Origin: Tubulanus polymorphus
Taxonomy: Eukaryota; Animalia; Nemertea
Reading direction: 5' to 3'
Assembly (NCBI RefSeq): GCF_964204645.1
Contig: NC_134031.1
Location: 14,185,807 to 14,249,806 of the forward strand
Length of the DNA stretch: 64,000 nucleotides
Shown here: one piece after another, positions 39,831 to 50,500 of the stretch
How the letters are laid out: each line of letters begins with the position of its first letter
How positions within the stretch are numbered: position 1 is the first letter of the stretch
Program-made: the position numbers and the translations under genes
Notes under the pieces: generated by a model
What the model was told of the DNA's origin: nothing
Seen by the model: only the letters and a program-made list of their open reading frames with translations
Databases searched by the model: none

Positions 39831-42800
39831 TAATATAACTTATGACTATAGTGTCAATATGTGCTTTAAGGTCGTAATCAACATGTGACATTACTCAACA
39901 TGTTTTCACGATAATTAGCTATAGTCAGTGCTTATCGATAATTAATTAATGTCTCTCAAACATGTCACTAGGTGTTTGTTTGTGAGTCCTGATGTCTACA
40001 ACTTGTCTGACACCTAGTTCTCACATTATACTCATGATTCTGTATATAAAGACTATGTAAAGCTATGATAATCATTCTCATTCCGGGATGCAATAAAGAT
40101 TGTACATATAAGGTTTAACTGCCTTGTTGTTCCTGATGGATGGAATCCTGTACCGCTGGTGTAAATGCTAGTTCCCCAGCCAGCCTGCCGATACAACAAC
40201 CAGCCGGTTACACTGTGAATAACTGGGGTTCGACCATTCACAAGTTAAAAATGTACTTCCTTGTTTGTGAAGTAAGTTTATTCATACTGTTATTAAAAGC
40301 AGTTCCTTTTAAACATTCTATAATAGTATAGTTTTGTTCGTGGATATCAATACTTCGAAAAATCAACAGCGGTTTATTTATTTATTGTACCGCCACACGT
40401 TTTCTTAATTGAATTGAATTGGTCCGGTCCAAAAGGCGGGTCATACTAGTTAGCGTCAGAAAATGTCAGCGTCAGTGATACCTTGTTATCGTCGATATTA
40501 AACAGTCTAAAGTCAGTTTATACATCACATACATTACAAATTGGAGGTCCCTTGTATATGTACATCACATCGTGACGCAGCGGCGATGGTAATGTCATAG
40601 AAGAACAAAGTCAGTTGAAAAAACCTACCCACTGCACCGATAAAGAATGATTGCATTGCAAGCCAGAGGTCAGTGACAGACAGTCAGTAATGGGGAGTAA
40701 TGGTACCGTTCGTGATTATGTTTTTATAATGGTTATTGGACGTCAATTTCATATGTGAATTGTAGTCCCCATCTGATCGCTTGACTTGTCACTCCTCTAC
40801 TAATAGTAACACTATAAGGCCTTCCCTCCTGCATAGTTTACCCTATAGGCCAAATTTGTGCTTTGGGCCAAATTCGGTTTTCTTGGGTAGTCGACTTTTT
40901 TCGGAACCAATAATAACCGAATATGCACTTAAACTGTCACTAGAGAATGGTAAAAACACTGTAGCTTCGTTCTTCTCGATGTTATTTCCCCAAAACCTGG
41001 CTTGTTAGTACTTGCGCGTAGTAGCACATGTGGGTCAACATATCCATGTTGCGAGTTGACCCCTAGGTGGCACTCTATCAAAAAACGGAATGTGACGAAC
41101 TGATTTCGTGTGAAATCTTTGCTCGCATCCCTGAACGACATTCTATCCAGAAAGGCAGAAACCCGTTATCGCTGCTTGCAGCTATATTTGTCATTATAAT
41201 TTCATTGTTTTGATAATTGGATAGTGCCAGTTTGTTATCTCACGCACCTGCACGTACCTTTTAGTAGGCCTATGCATCATATAAATGATTTGTGCCGGAA
41301 ATGTATTGATGCATGGCAAAAATGTGTTTTTGACTGACCTCATGAAATGAATTACAAATGAACAGGTGTTTATGAAACTGATATTCACAAGGCTGGAACC
41401 TTATCAGATAATAAGGAGACCAGGACACGAGAAGGACTGGTGCGGTACTAGCAAGTAGAAATCAGAGGCATCATTCTCAATCATGATACTCGGCTATCCA
41501 TGAGGGGAATGTAACAAACAATAGCTAATTTTATTCCATTAATCTGGAATGATAAAGTCTATAAGAGATTATCATTAATGAAACCAAGGACGGATAAAGT
41601 TCGTTATCCTTTTTGTGGGACAGGCTGTATTCAATCACAATCACAGCAGAATTCCAGCTCATGAGATGCTCTATAATAATGATGGGTTGGAATGAATATT
41701 TTGTGAACACAAACAATTGTTACATTCTAGCTCGTGACACATTTTATGATTGTGGTGAGTTTCGAGCTCATTGATTCACATTGGTTAAACTGTGGCGTTG
41801 AAACTGTAGTGACTGCAGCGGTGAAAGCCCGGCAATAATTTACTGAATGACATTTTTTTTTTCTGTACTATGTTTTTGACGAAATTCAAGTTAATTCGCT
41901 ATGGCAGTATCAGAACCTGTCAAAAATTGGCAATTGGCTGCGGCAATCAAAATTTGCTTCAGAGTTTCCTGATAAAATTGTAAATTTTAAGATCTTCTAT
42001 CATTTCACCCAGTGCGCATGATGTCCCTGGTCCCCTAATTAAGATATATCTCCCTGTCTATTGTCAACAGGTTTTCAACGATATTTGGATGTTGGAAATG
42101 GGAAATTTTTGGAAATGGCATCAAATCGAAGTTTTGAATACAGAAAATACTCCGTCACAGCTGTGGTGCCGGGATACTGTGAAGGTGAGACACTTAGTTT
42201 AAATGATTATTTAAACAGATAAGGGTTTGTCTACAGTAGGAATGTAAATATCTGCTGCCTGTATCCCCCCAGACATTCATGGATGGATGAACTCTGGATG
42301 ATCTGATTTTCCATGCATGGTAATTATCTTCGTCTACGGGGTCAGGTAATAAGTAAAGTAAAGAAAAATTAAGGAGTCCGGACCGAAGTCCTAGATCGAG
42401 TTCTGAAAATCAGTCTAAGTATGGCACCAATCTGTCAAGTGTCTGAGCGGTGAGTACAGAGAGCAGATTGGATATCAATACAGTGTACAGCGATACCGTG
42501 CATGTTGTTTTAAGGCCCTGTGTAAATGATTTAAAAAAATGATGTAGGATAAAAGAAAATGGAAGTCTCTGTTGTAATTATAGACTTTACAGAATAACAT
42601 AAACATTGGAGGTTTTGAGTTTGATTGACCAAATGTAGAAAGCCTTTGAAAAAATTGCAAAGATCTTCCTTTCTAACAAACTAGGTATGACCTTAGGCTC
42701 AAGATAAAGACATCAATCCATGTCACCTGATATTCCTGTCTGTCTGGTTGAGGAAAGATCTTGTTTTGGTCAATGTGCACCATTCCTGCAAAATAATTTT

Positions 42801-44002
42801 GAACCTGCTCTTTTAATGAAAATGTAATTATCAAGCTAAAATTTATTTGACCTACAACTATTACAACATAAAATAAATATTTTGAATTTGTTTATTTATT
42901 TAGACTAGCCATTTTGTTTTTAGTCAGGAGGATGGGCCCTATTGTGCTCGGAGGCCATATCAGAGCATCAAAATTTTTCCAGTGGAGAGCCTGTATAGCC
43001 CGTGAAGTTCCAACCGAATTCCAAACCAACCCATGCACATTATGGCCATCACAGTGGCTATCTTGAATGTACCATTAGCACCATAAAGCCTGCAAATCTC
43101 TATTAATTTTCCTGTCACTTGATGAGTTGGACCAGGTAAAAAAGCTATGGTCACCATTTTGAGCAAAAATCTCCGAGACCGATGGGACTTCTTGACACAT
43201 TGGAGAGAAAATTTTAAACAATTTGTCAGAGGTACGCGATAATTCTAGGAAACAGGAATGTTATACAATAGAATTTAGATAATATTATCGTTTTCAGATT
43301 GGTAACATGTTGGTGACATTGAGTAAAGGTTCACGGAGCAGTCGCGAAAAAATGACGATCCGTAAAATTGCAGCGAACGTCGCTCCGCGACCTCGCCAAC
43401 AACCGCAACCAACTCCACCGAAAGAACTGTTGAAATTCTATTCATCGTCCGACACGGATTCTTCAGAAAGCGCCGACGAAATGAACTTTCATCGACGGCA
43501 ACAGCAAAAAAGAACATTCACACGTCCGTTAGCTCCCGGCACGAGTCCAGGAGACGCACGAGCTTCTACGAGTCAAAGGCGGGAAAACCGACAGCCGATA
43601 CGAACGGGTCCGCCGTCGATTCGTCCGAACGCGATGAATAACCGTCAAAAACAGCTGGAAATGTTGAAATCGTATGAAGAGCGAATACAACAAAGTCTCC
43701 GTTCGAAATTAGCATCAACGAATCAAACGGATAATAAATTCGAAAGTACGATTTTGTTGCACGTATTAGATATAAGCGAAGTGATTAAAAATCACAGTTG
43801 TCGGTGGTTAGACGTTAGCGAAATACCAGCTCATACGAAAGCAAATAGCGACGAGTTATTGTTTTATTCGCTGATCGAAGGACGCGGGGAAGCTGTCATG
43901 TTTGGAGGACTAAGAACTGATCCCAATACGATGCATATGGGTATCGGACAGTTTGCAGTCATTAATGATTTGTTTGTTCTGACTCCAATAAAGAAATTCT
44001 AA
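25413..44002 (+). CDS. FBXO42: F-box only protein 42 (F-box + Kelch repeats), 8 coding exons, 541 aa
   Basis: Exons 25413-25551, 29540-29782, 30148-30251, 33469-33629, 34153-34255, 36923-36979, 42071-42184, 43298-44002; all GT-AG with consistent phase (1626 nt). Motifs [108 protein letters not shown] follow the FBXO42 order. AATAAA at 44400-44405. Confidence 0.93.
25754..26956. mobile_element. TIR element whose left TIR is interrupted by a PIF/Harbinger-type MITE (25768-26106, CAG TSD)
   Basis: Outer TIR cgactggtattcag[MITE]actaaccaagatgtccaaaact versus agttttggacatcttggttagtctgaataccagtcg; MITE TIR ggcccagtttcacaaaaagg; internal inverted repeats at 26156-26229 and 26572-26646. Confidence 0.7.
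28118..28546 (-). mobile_element. Solo LTR (probably Gypsy/Ty3 type)
   Basis: TGTGACAGAG...CTCTCTCACA termini (9/10 inverted match), 4-bp TSD TTAA, AATAAA on the minus strand at 28386-28391, no coding sequence. Confidence 0.62.
29540..29782 (+). CDS. FBXO42: FBXO42 exon 2
   Basis: ccag|GT..; [19 protein letters not shown]; G|gtaagt. Confidence 0.9.
30148..30251 (+). CDS. FBXO42: FBXO42 exon 3
   Basis: [34 protein letters not shown]; ttttag| and |gtatgt. Confidence 0.92.
30333..31189. mobile_element. hAT-like MITE (CAGGGATGAGAA TIR, 6-bp TSD) with a nested HINE fragment
   Basis: cagggatgagaa ... ttctcatccgtg, flanked by tttatg on both sides. Confidence 0.6.
31292..31425. mobile_element. ~140-bp PIF/Harbinger-type MITE; further copies at 45734-45875 and 45877-46016, expanded copy at 56640-57063
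   Basis: gttgcatagtcatggcttagacttaagaccagtc...gactgtgcaactggcccc recurs across the window; GGGGCC-type termini. Confidence 0.75.
32858..33290 (+). mobile_element. Complete HINE (Helentron-associated) element, family C
   Basis: 5' TTAGCTCCGCTGTGACCAAAGGTCAGCGGAGCTAA hairpin, microsatellite, ~150-bp internal tandem repeat, 3' subTIR CACAGCGGAGCT and AGCCGATAGGCT stem-loop, T-rich flanks. Confidence 0.82.
33469..33629 (+). CDS. FBXO42: FBXO42 exon 4
   Basis: [33 protein letters not shown]. Confidence 0.9.
34153..34255 (+). CDS. FBXO42: FBXO42 exon 5
   Basis: [17 protein letters not shown]; ttgcag| and |gtaacc. Confidence 0.9.
35302..35807 (-). mobile_element. HINE family B copy
   Basis: Nearly identical to 14593-15081. 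Confidence 0.8.
36923..36979 (+). CDS. FBXO42: FBXO42 exon 6
   Basis: [19 protein letters not shown]; tttag| and |gtaagt. Confidence 0.92.
37365..38586. mobile_element. CAGGG-terminated TIR element containing a Harbinger-type Myb/SANT (MADF) gene fragment
   Basis: TIR cagggttct..tacagatc with subterminal tcagggaa repeats; inside, [22 protein letters not shown] (38095-38225) is a MADF-like motif ending in a stop. Confidence 0.6.
39590..41188 (+). mobile_element. Helentron family A copy (3' end clear, 5' end uncertain)
   Basis: Ends gaaacccgttatcgctgcttgcagctatat at 41187; 39625-39685 resembles the reverse complement of 7615-7695. Confidence 0.5.
39793..39830. repeat. (AAT)n microsatellite
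   Basis: About 12 AAT units. Confidence 0.9.
42071..42184 (+). CDS. FBXO42: FBXO42 exon 7
   Basis: [28 protein letters not shown]; caacag| and |gtgaga. Confidence 0.88.
43298..44002 (+). CDS. FBXO42: FBXO42 exon 8 (terminal)
   Basis: tttcag|[10 protein letters not shown], a low-complexity insert, then [31 protein letters not shown]; TAA ends at 44002. Confidence 0.9.
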   Translation: MGNMLVTLSKGSRSSREKMTIRKIAANVAPRPRQQPQPTPPKELLKFYSSSDTDSSESADEMNFHRRQQQKRTFTRPLAPGTSPGDARASTSQRRENRQPIRTGPPSIRPNAMNNRQKQLEMLKSYEERIQQSLRSKLASTNQTDNKFESTILLHVLDISEVIKNHSCRWLDVSEIPAHTKANSDELLFYSLIEGRGEAVMFGGLRTDPNTMHMGIGQFAVINDLFVLTPIKKF

Positions 44003-45733
44003 ATAGTTATTTTGAAATATGAATGGAGTTCTTTGCCCTGCTTATAGCATACATCTGTCCATTCGTATGAATTGGAATCGAGTTGTTTTGCAAAGAATGT
44101 GCTTCGACGTTTTGTCAAGATTGTTCTTCAAAATTCTCAAAAATATGCAAGAAATGAATCGTGAATATGCCTCAGGATAGATACATGAACCAAATATCAA
44201 GACAATCCATCGAAGCTTTTCGTACTTCCCAGAATAACCGGATTCTGTCCATGGATGAATGAACAAAACAGACAGATGATTTGCATGAGGACTCTATGTT
44301 AGACTGCGGCAAGCGAGGACTGCCAGGTGCTAGTGTGGACGACGACTCCCAGATTTTTTGCCAATTGTATCTGTAAGTTATCAAATTCTATGAATGATGA
44401 ATAAAAACGTGCTATATATTTGGTAATATTTGATGTATACAAAATAACATGTATAATGTAATGTGTATAATGTTATTTCATCTACATTAAAGACACTGGA
44501 TTAACAGAATATCGTTTTTACAATACTTAAATCTGAAACGAGCCCCTGTGCTTTCGGTACCATAAGTATAAGTGAGAATGAATATTATGTACATGTGTTC
44601 AACAGATTGATACGTACAAAGCATTTAAGTACACGCGTGTAATAAACAAACAGAGTTAGCGATGAATTATGCGAGGAGTTAAGAAAATCCAAGTTAACGG
44701 CTTTAAACTACTGAAAACATGAACACCCAAAAAACTGCATCGCATTGTAACAGAATGGTACTGTCTAAGTCGTGGCAACAGAGTTGAATTAAAACCGACA
44801 ATGTTATTAAAGATCTTAGCTCATTACAGCAACTTTCGTTTTTTCAAAACGTTATATTCGTCGACAATTGAGTTGATTTGGCTTATTGGGACCAAATTAT
44901 TTATGCGATATAAGTGATCGACGTTTTATAAAAATACGGCTTGTATATTCGATATTTTTTTAAAGGCTTTACGCTTACACGCTGGCGACCGATTTCAAAA
45001 GACCAACTATATTGAAGAATAGAATAGTCAGGTATTGATTTCTTTGAGGCAACTCATTTTCCTGAGAGCAGGTAGCGACCAGACAGCCCGCAATATTTAG
45101 CAAAGCTGGAAAGTGATTCATGGTACAATTGACATTTACTAGAGGGTACAGAAACCACGTGTCAAGCAAGTCAGAAGCTATAGTGAATCTACGAGCAATT
45201 ATAGCTCGTAGAGTGAGAGCGAATAGAATAGCCAGGTATTGATTTTTTTCTCATCTTCCTGCAGGTAGCGACATCGGACAGACCGCGATAGATATAGCAA
45301 AGAAGGCGAGTATCGACTATGTTATTTCTCCGGAAACGATTTTGCTGTTTTCCTTTGATAGTGTGCTTAAAGATTACATCTCGGAGCCTTGGAAATTTTC
45401 TGGGGGTGGTGCCCCCAGGTTCACCATACTTGGCTGTTATAGGTGCCTTTCCAGTTCAGCAGTACTCAGAATCCTATCCGCCCTGAGGTGGTGAAACATC
45501 GGGGTCGGCGTGCATAGACCAAAGATAGCCTCAATGGCATTATATCATCTACAGAAAAATTACTCAAATATGAGCTCTCATAGCCACCAGAACGCATCTC
45601 AGACTAAATTTTCTGAAACCTCCCTTCCAAACCCCCCTTCATGACTTCGCGCCTTCAAAGCTCGTTTGGCTATGATACATATATATTTCCGGATAAAATG
45701 TCGCATCAACGGATTTTCGGTGGCTACGCCCCT

Positions 45734-46016
45734 GGGACCGTTGCATAGTCATGGCTTAAACTTAAGACCAGTCTAAGACCAACTTAGTTCTATAGCCAGT
45801 CGAACAACTTATGACCAGTCTTAAGATTTAAGACCACTTTAGAACTTCTTAAGTCATGACTGTGCAACTGGCCCCTGGGGCCGGTTCCTCAGTTGAGACT
45901 GAAGTCCAAAAATGGTCTTAAATTCTAAGACTGGTCTTAAGTTGTTAGATTGGTTATAGAACTAACATGGTCTTAAATTGGTCTTAAGTCTAAGCCATGA
46001 CTATGGAACCGGCCCC
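45734..46016. mobile_element. Two adjacent, oppositely oriented Harbinger-type MITE copies
   Basis: 45734-45875 forward and 45877-46016 reverse copy of the 31292-31425 MITE. Confidence 0.75.
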
Positions 46017-47308
46017 TGATTCGGTGTGATATATAAACAATGAATAATAAAACTTACAGCCAAAATCCCGAAACTATTTCTTTTTGCGAACGCATTCATG
46101 TAGACGAGTGTGTGCTTCGCACACAGGCAACATATTCAACCGATTTCCAGGCATCGTCTAGCTCCTCGAGCTATTGAAATACGTATAGTTATTGGTTCTG
46201 ACGATCGTATCGATATTGGTCGGAATTTCCAATCGTAATTCAGACGCCATCTATCGGAATGTGGAGTCAATGTCACATCTTCGATCAGGAATGCTGGCTG
46301 ATTAAGACAGAAAATATTTGGTTTTTTTTAGCCACACAAAGAAATACCCGAGTTTCTCATCACATTTTGTACTGGAAAGTGAAGAGGGCGGGCGAATTTT
46401 ATCTTAATTGCATTTTGAAAAAAAAAATGATTGAAATAAAAAGCTCAACCAGAGACTTAAAAAGACACGTCGCAAGGCCGACCTACACCCGTCTTAACAA
46501 TGCCACGAACAAATACTATATAAGTAATGCAAGTAGAAACTTTTATTTAGAATTTAGAAGCTATCCTTTACCTATAAAATCAAACTATATCGTCACATTC
46601 AGTTGAAACTGAGACCACCATTTTTACGCTTCCTTTAATAAAACGTTAATAAAATGAACTGGCCGCTGATTTCGTCACCGATACGTAAAGGATGAACATA
46701 TAAACGCCCGCAAAAAAAACATCCAAATGATTTGGGCATAATTGACTTTCTTGAGAAACTAGGGTATATCTTTGTGTGGCCTTAATGAAGAAAAAGAGTG
46801 TTTAAAATTTCAGGCTGTTTGTAGCTAGTTATATTTTCATATAAACACGATTACTGGAGGGATTTACTTACGTTTATTTATGACTCGCCTGCGCTGGAGC
46901 AGACGAGTAAGAGCGCGGGTGGACAGGAGAGAGTGAGAGTTGGGAGAGAGGAAGAAATAATACTCAGCCTTCGTCCGAAAATTGAAGAAAAAACATCTAC
47001 TAAATTCAAGGTTGCTTTATTTATTTTTTACTTTCATGTAGTATTTTATCACTTTTTCCATCGGGTTTTTCAAGCGTAACCTGAAATAGAAATAGTGTGA
47101 TGACACTATCGTCTAAAACCATGTATTAACATCAAATTCAAAACCTATCGATCGATCTATCTTGTACGGCCGCCCCATGGTGACATACGAGATTATTTTT
47201 TTTATAATTTCGACTTATATGTCGGCATATTATTATCTCGTATGTCACCTAGGGGCTTCCGTACATATGTCACCAAGGGGCTTCCGTAATCTTGATATAA
47301 GCACATCT

Positions 47309-47535
47309 CTACTTACAATGTCCTGCGTATAGCTTCTTTATTTTCTTAAGGTCGAGGTCGCTGAATCTTTCGCGTTGCCCGATTTTGACGTTCGGTTCTA
47401 AGATTTCGATGGTTTTCGAACCTTTTTCTTTAGCGAAGTAAGAGTCTCCGTAGTGCATCAACGAGCCGTAATCATAGGGCAAGTCTAACATGTCGACACT
47501 GTCAGCGGGCAGTAGTCGGAAGTTCCACCACGCCG
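47309..47535 (-). CDS. Astacin exon 7 (terminal)
   Basis: WWNF..LPYDYGSLMHY..IGQRERFSDLD..LYAGHCK*. Confidence 0.92.
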
Positions 47536-50500
47536 CTATGAAGATAAACAGAAATTAATCAAAAATCTCTAATCGCTGTCAACGTAATTCACTTATTCGG
47601 TACGAAGATTTCACGCCCTCGAGAGGAGTCCAGAATGTTTCCTTGAGCTAGTAGTTTTTTCAACATAGGCCCAATATCCTAATATTCATATCTTCGTCGA
47701 GCAGATATCTATTTAACATTTCGGATATATTCTTTTCTAAAAGTCATCTTCAGGAAAACGCTGATGATAATACCACTAATCCTGAATATGACTATTAGGA
47801 TAAACTCGAAATGCCGAATTAACTGCCAGCTCCGTTTAAAATATCGGACTCTTCTTTTTCTCAAAGTGGGACTTCACATTTTCTTTACTAAACATCATCG
47901 TCCACATTTTCATTCGGAGTTATATTCATTAAGAATGATTTATTGGATGGATCGATTCAGTTGGTTTAAGTAGAGACGACTATAGAAAATAGGATATTCT
48001 TCGGAGAGATATTTGTTCAATTGTAACAATAAAGATGTGAGTTGATATTTCAAGGTATTAGCTTGTGTTACGTACATTCTTTGATATTTCTCCATTTAAC
48101 AAATATATATTTGTTTCTATCTGGTCGAGTTTGTTCATGCATGAAACCAATAACGTGCATCATCTCATGTAGAATTATACCCTGCACATTGACACAGCCG
48201 TCAGCGAGTTTAGTCACCTGACGTCCACCGACCATGCCAACATTGGACGAACAACTTGAAAATACGATACACACCTCTCCACAGTTAAACAGTTATTCCA
48301 CTAGTGGTAGAATGGCGGTTTGAAACTACATTCTGGGGTCTACATCTCTGGATCCAGTTCCACATCTTCCACAATTATATCGCACTGATGATGGTATTGG
48401 TGAATAAACCACCTCATTATTAATTTATTATCTAAAATATGTTATGTATTATATACGTGTTATCGTAATTAGATTAAGATCAATATTATCTTTATCGTTT
48501 CAATCCTAACCCTATACAATTCACTCGGCACTGGTCATTTGAACTTTGTTCTACCTTGGAGTAATCATTTCAAATGATTACTCCAAGGTTCTACTGATGC
48601 CTGGCCACCGTCTAGTGGAAGATAGAGGAATGTGAATTAATACATTCCCACATTCCTCTGTCCCTCTCTCGTAACCATAAGAGGTAATTAATTCGGTCAA
48701 TACTTAGGGGTTCTCGATACTTCTCCCCTAAACAGAAAAATAAGAATTCGGTTGTTGCTATTTTTAACTTGTCAAATTTCTTTTACGTATTTCATAGTAT
48801 TGCGAAGACTTGTATTGGTCATGTTTTCACTGACATTAATGTTTCTATATATTTTGTAGAAGATATGCCTCCCTTCATCGTTATTGATGAAATGATTTTA
48901 GTTTGATCGTATTTATGCCCTAGATTTTCTGGTTGTATGAATTTGTTAAGTGAAAACTTAAATAAGCAGATACCACGGCATCTGCTTATGCATACACGTG
49001 ACGATTTTACGATGTCCCTCTATACGGGAAAAAAAGAGATAAGGAAATACATTTATATGATTTTGATATAGTTGATAAAAACTCAGTTTGCAATGTTGAT
49101 TACCAACTCCCGTGTACACGGTGTGCTATATATTTTGGTCCAGCCAAGGAGCGCTGGAATGGTGTGCCTACGATATTATTTATTCCGTGGCTACCTCTCT
49201 ATTTTCTATTTTGTAGTGTGGGTAGTATCATCCGCAATTGATATCTATAATATATATTCTAGTGCATTCATCCCTTTTTAATCGTTACCTGGTTTGGCCG
49301 GTCTTATTACGCATCTTCGTGTACAGATGTTTTGGTTTTCTGGGATTTATTCTTTTCTTAAATCAGTGTTCTCCACAACAAGCCCTCTCACTCTCACCCT
49401 CCCTCCCACTCTCACTCTCTCACTCTAACTATTTTGATACTTATGTAACGGTTCTACGATTTCCACCACTTGTAATGTTCTCCATCAGTTGTTATGGGGC
49501 TTAACGATCTCTGTGCCACTTGTTCTGTTACCTCGTTCTTCTCACTAATGCTGTGCCGCTGGATCTTCTATGTAACTGGTTCCTTGCGCTGACCTGCATC
49601 TCCCTTGTGTTGATATTAACTACTAACACTTCTATCTGGTATGATCAAGCTTTTCTTTATTTTCTCTCTCTACTGCTTACGCCATCTATTCGGCTTTATC
49701 TCCCCAACTCTCTTTTAGTGCTCTCTCTTTTGTACTCTCTTTTGTACCCTCCCTGAACCAAAAACCTTAGACTTATATACTATTTGGTACATTATTTACA
49801 TTCCTATACCATGACCTCACCCGCTTCTAACATCACCCTATTTGGTATTATCAATCCCTGCTACTTCCATTCTACTCCCTCCTTTACTACATTTACCCCT
49901 TAAAAGTCATTACATATTTAATATAGTTACTAATGCTGCTCTTTCTTATCAACATACTCCCTCCTTGTAACCCGCGCCATTTAATTTCAGTGTGCGCAGT
50001 AGCACATCTCCAGTGTGCGCTATCGTGCTCACACACTATCTCCATACACATAAAACCCTATAACTATTGCTTCTACACTTATCTCTACCTTTTATTCCGG
50101 GTGGCAAAATGATTGCACTTCCTGTACTTGAGTAACTATACCTAACCACTAAATCTCAATAATCATCAGTCACAACGGTCTTTTTGCAGATTGTGATTCT
50201 ACGCTGCGATATCGGCCCGGAGATGTCCTTTTATCAAACTACTCATTTTTCTCAAATTCTATAACCAAATTTCACGAGAGAGCTTCCTACAATGTTACAT
50301 TTTTTGTCTTATCCAAAACATTCTTTGCAGATGCAACAGCTTATTGTTTTTGAGTTAGAATGTTAGAATTAGAATGTTTTCGATAATTAACTAATATCGG
50401 TATCATCCATTTGCGCGTTTTGTATGGGAAAGCACGGAGGTAATCTGATATGTCACTTTGGTCTATGGTCTATGTCAATGACGCGTGTGCGATATGGTCT

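Noticed and set aside
49400-50100. Possible old LINE fragment on the minus strand
   Set aside because: Pyrimidine-rich and degenerate; no diagnostic endonuclease or RT motif could be read.
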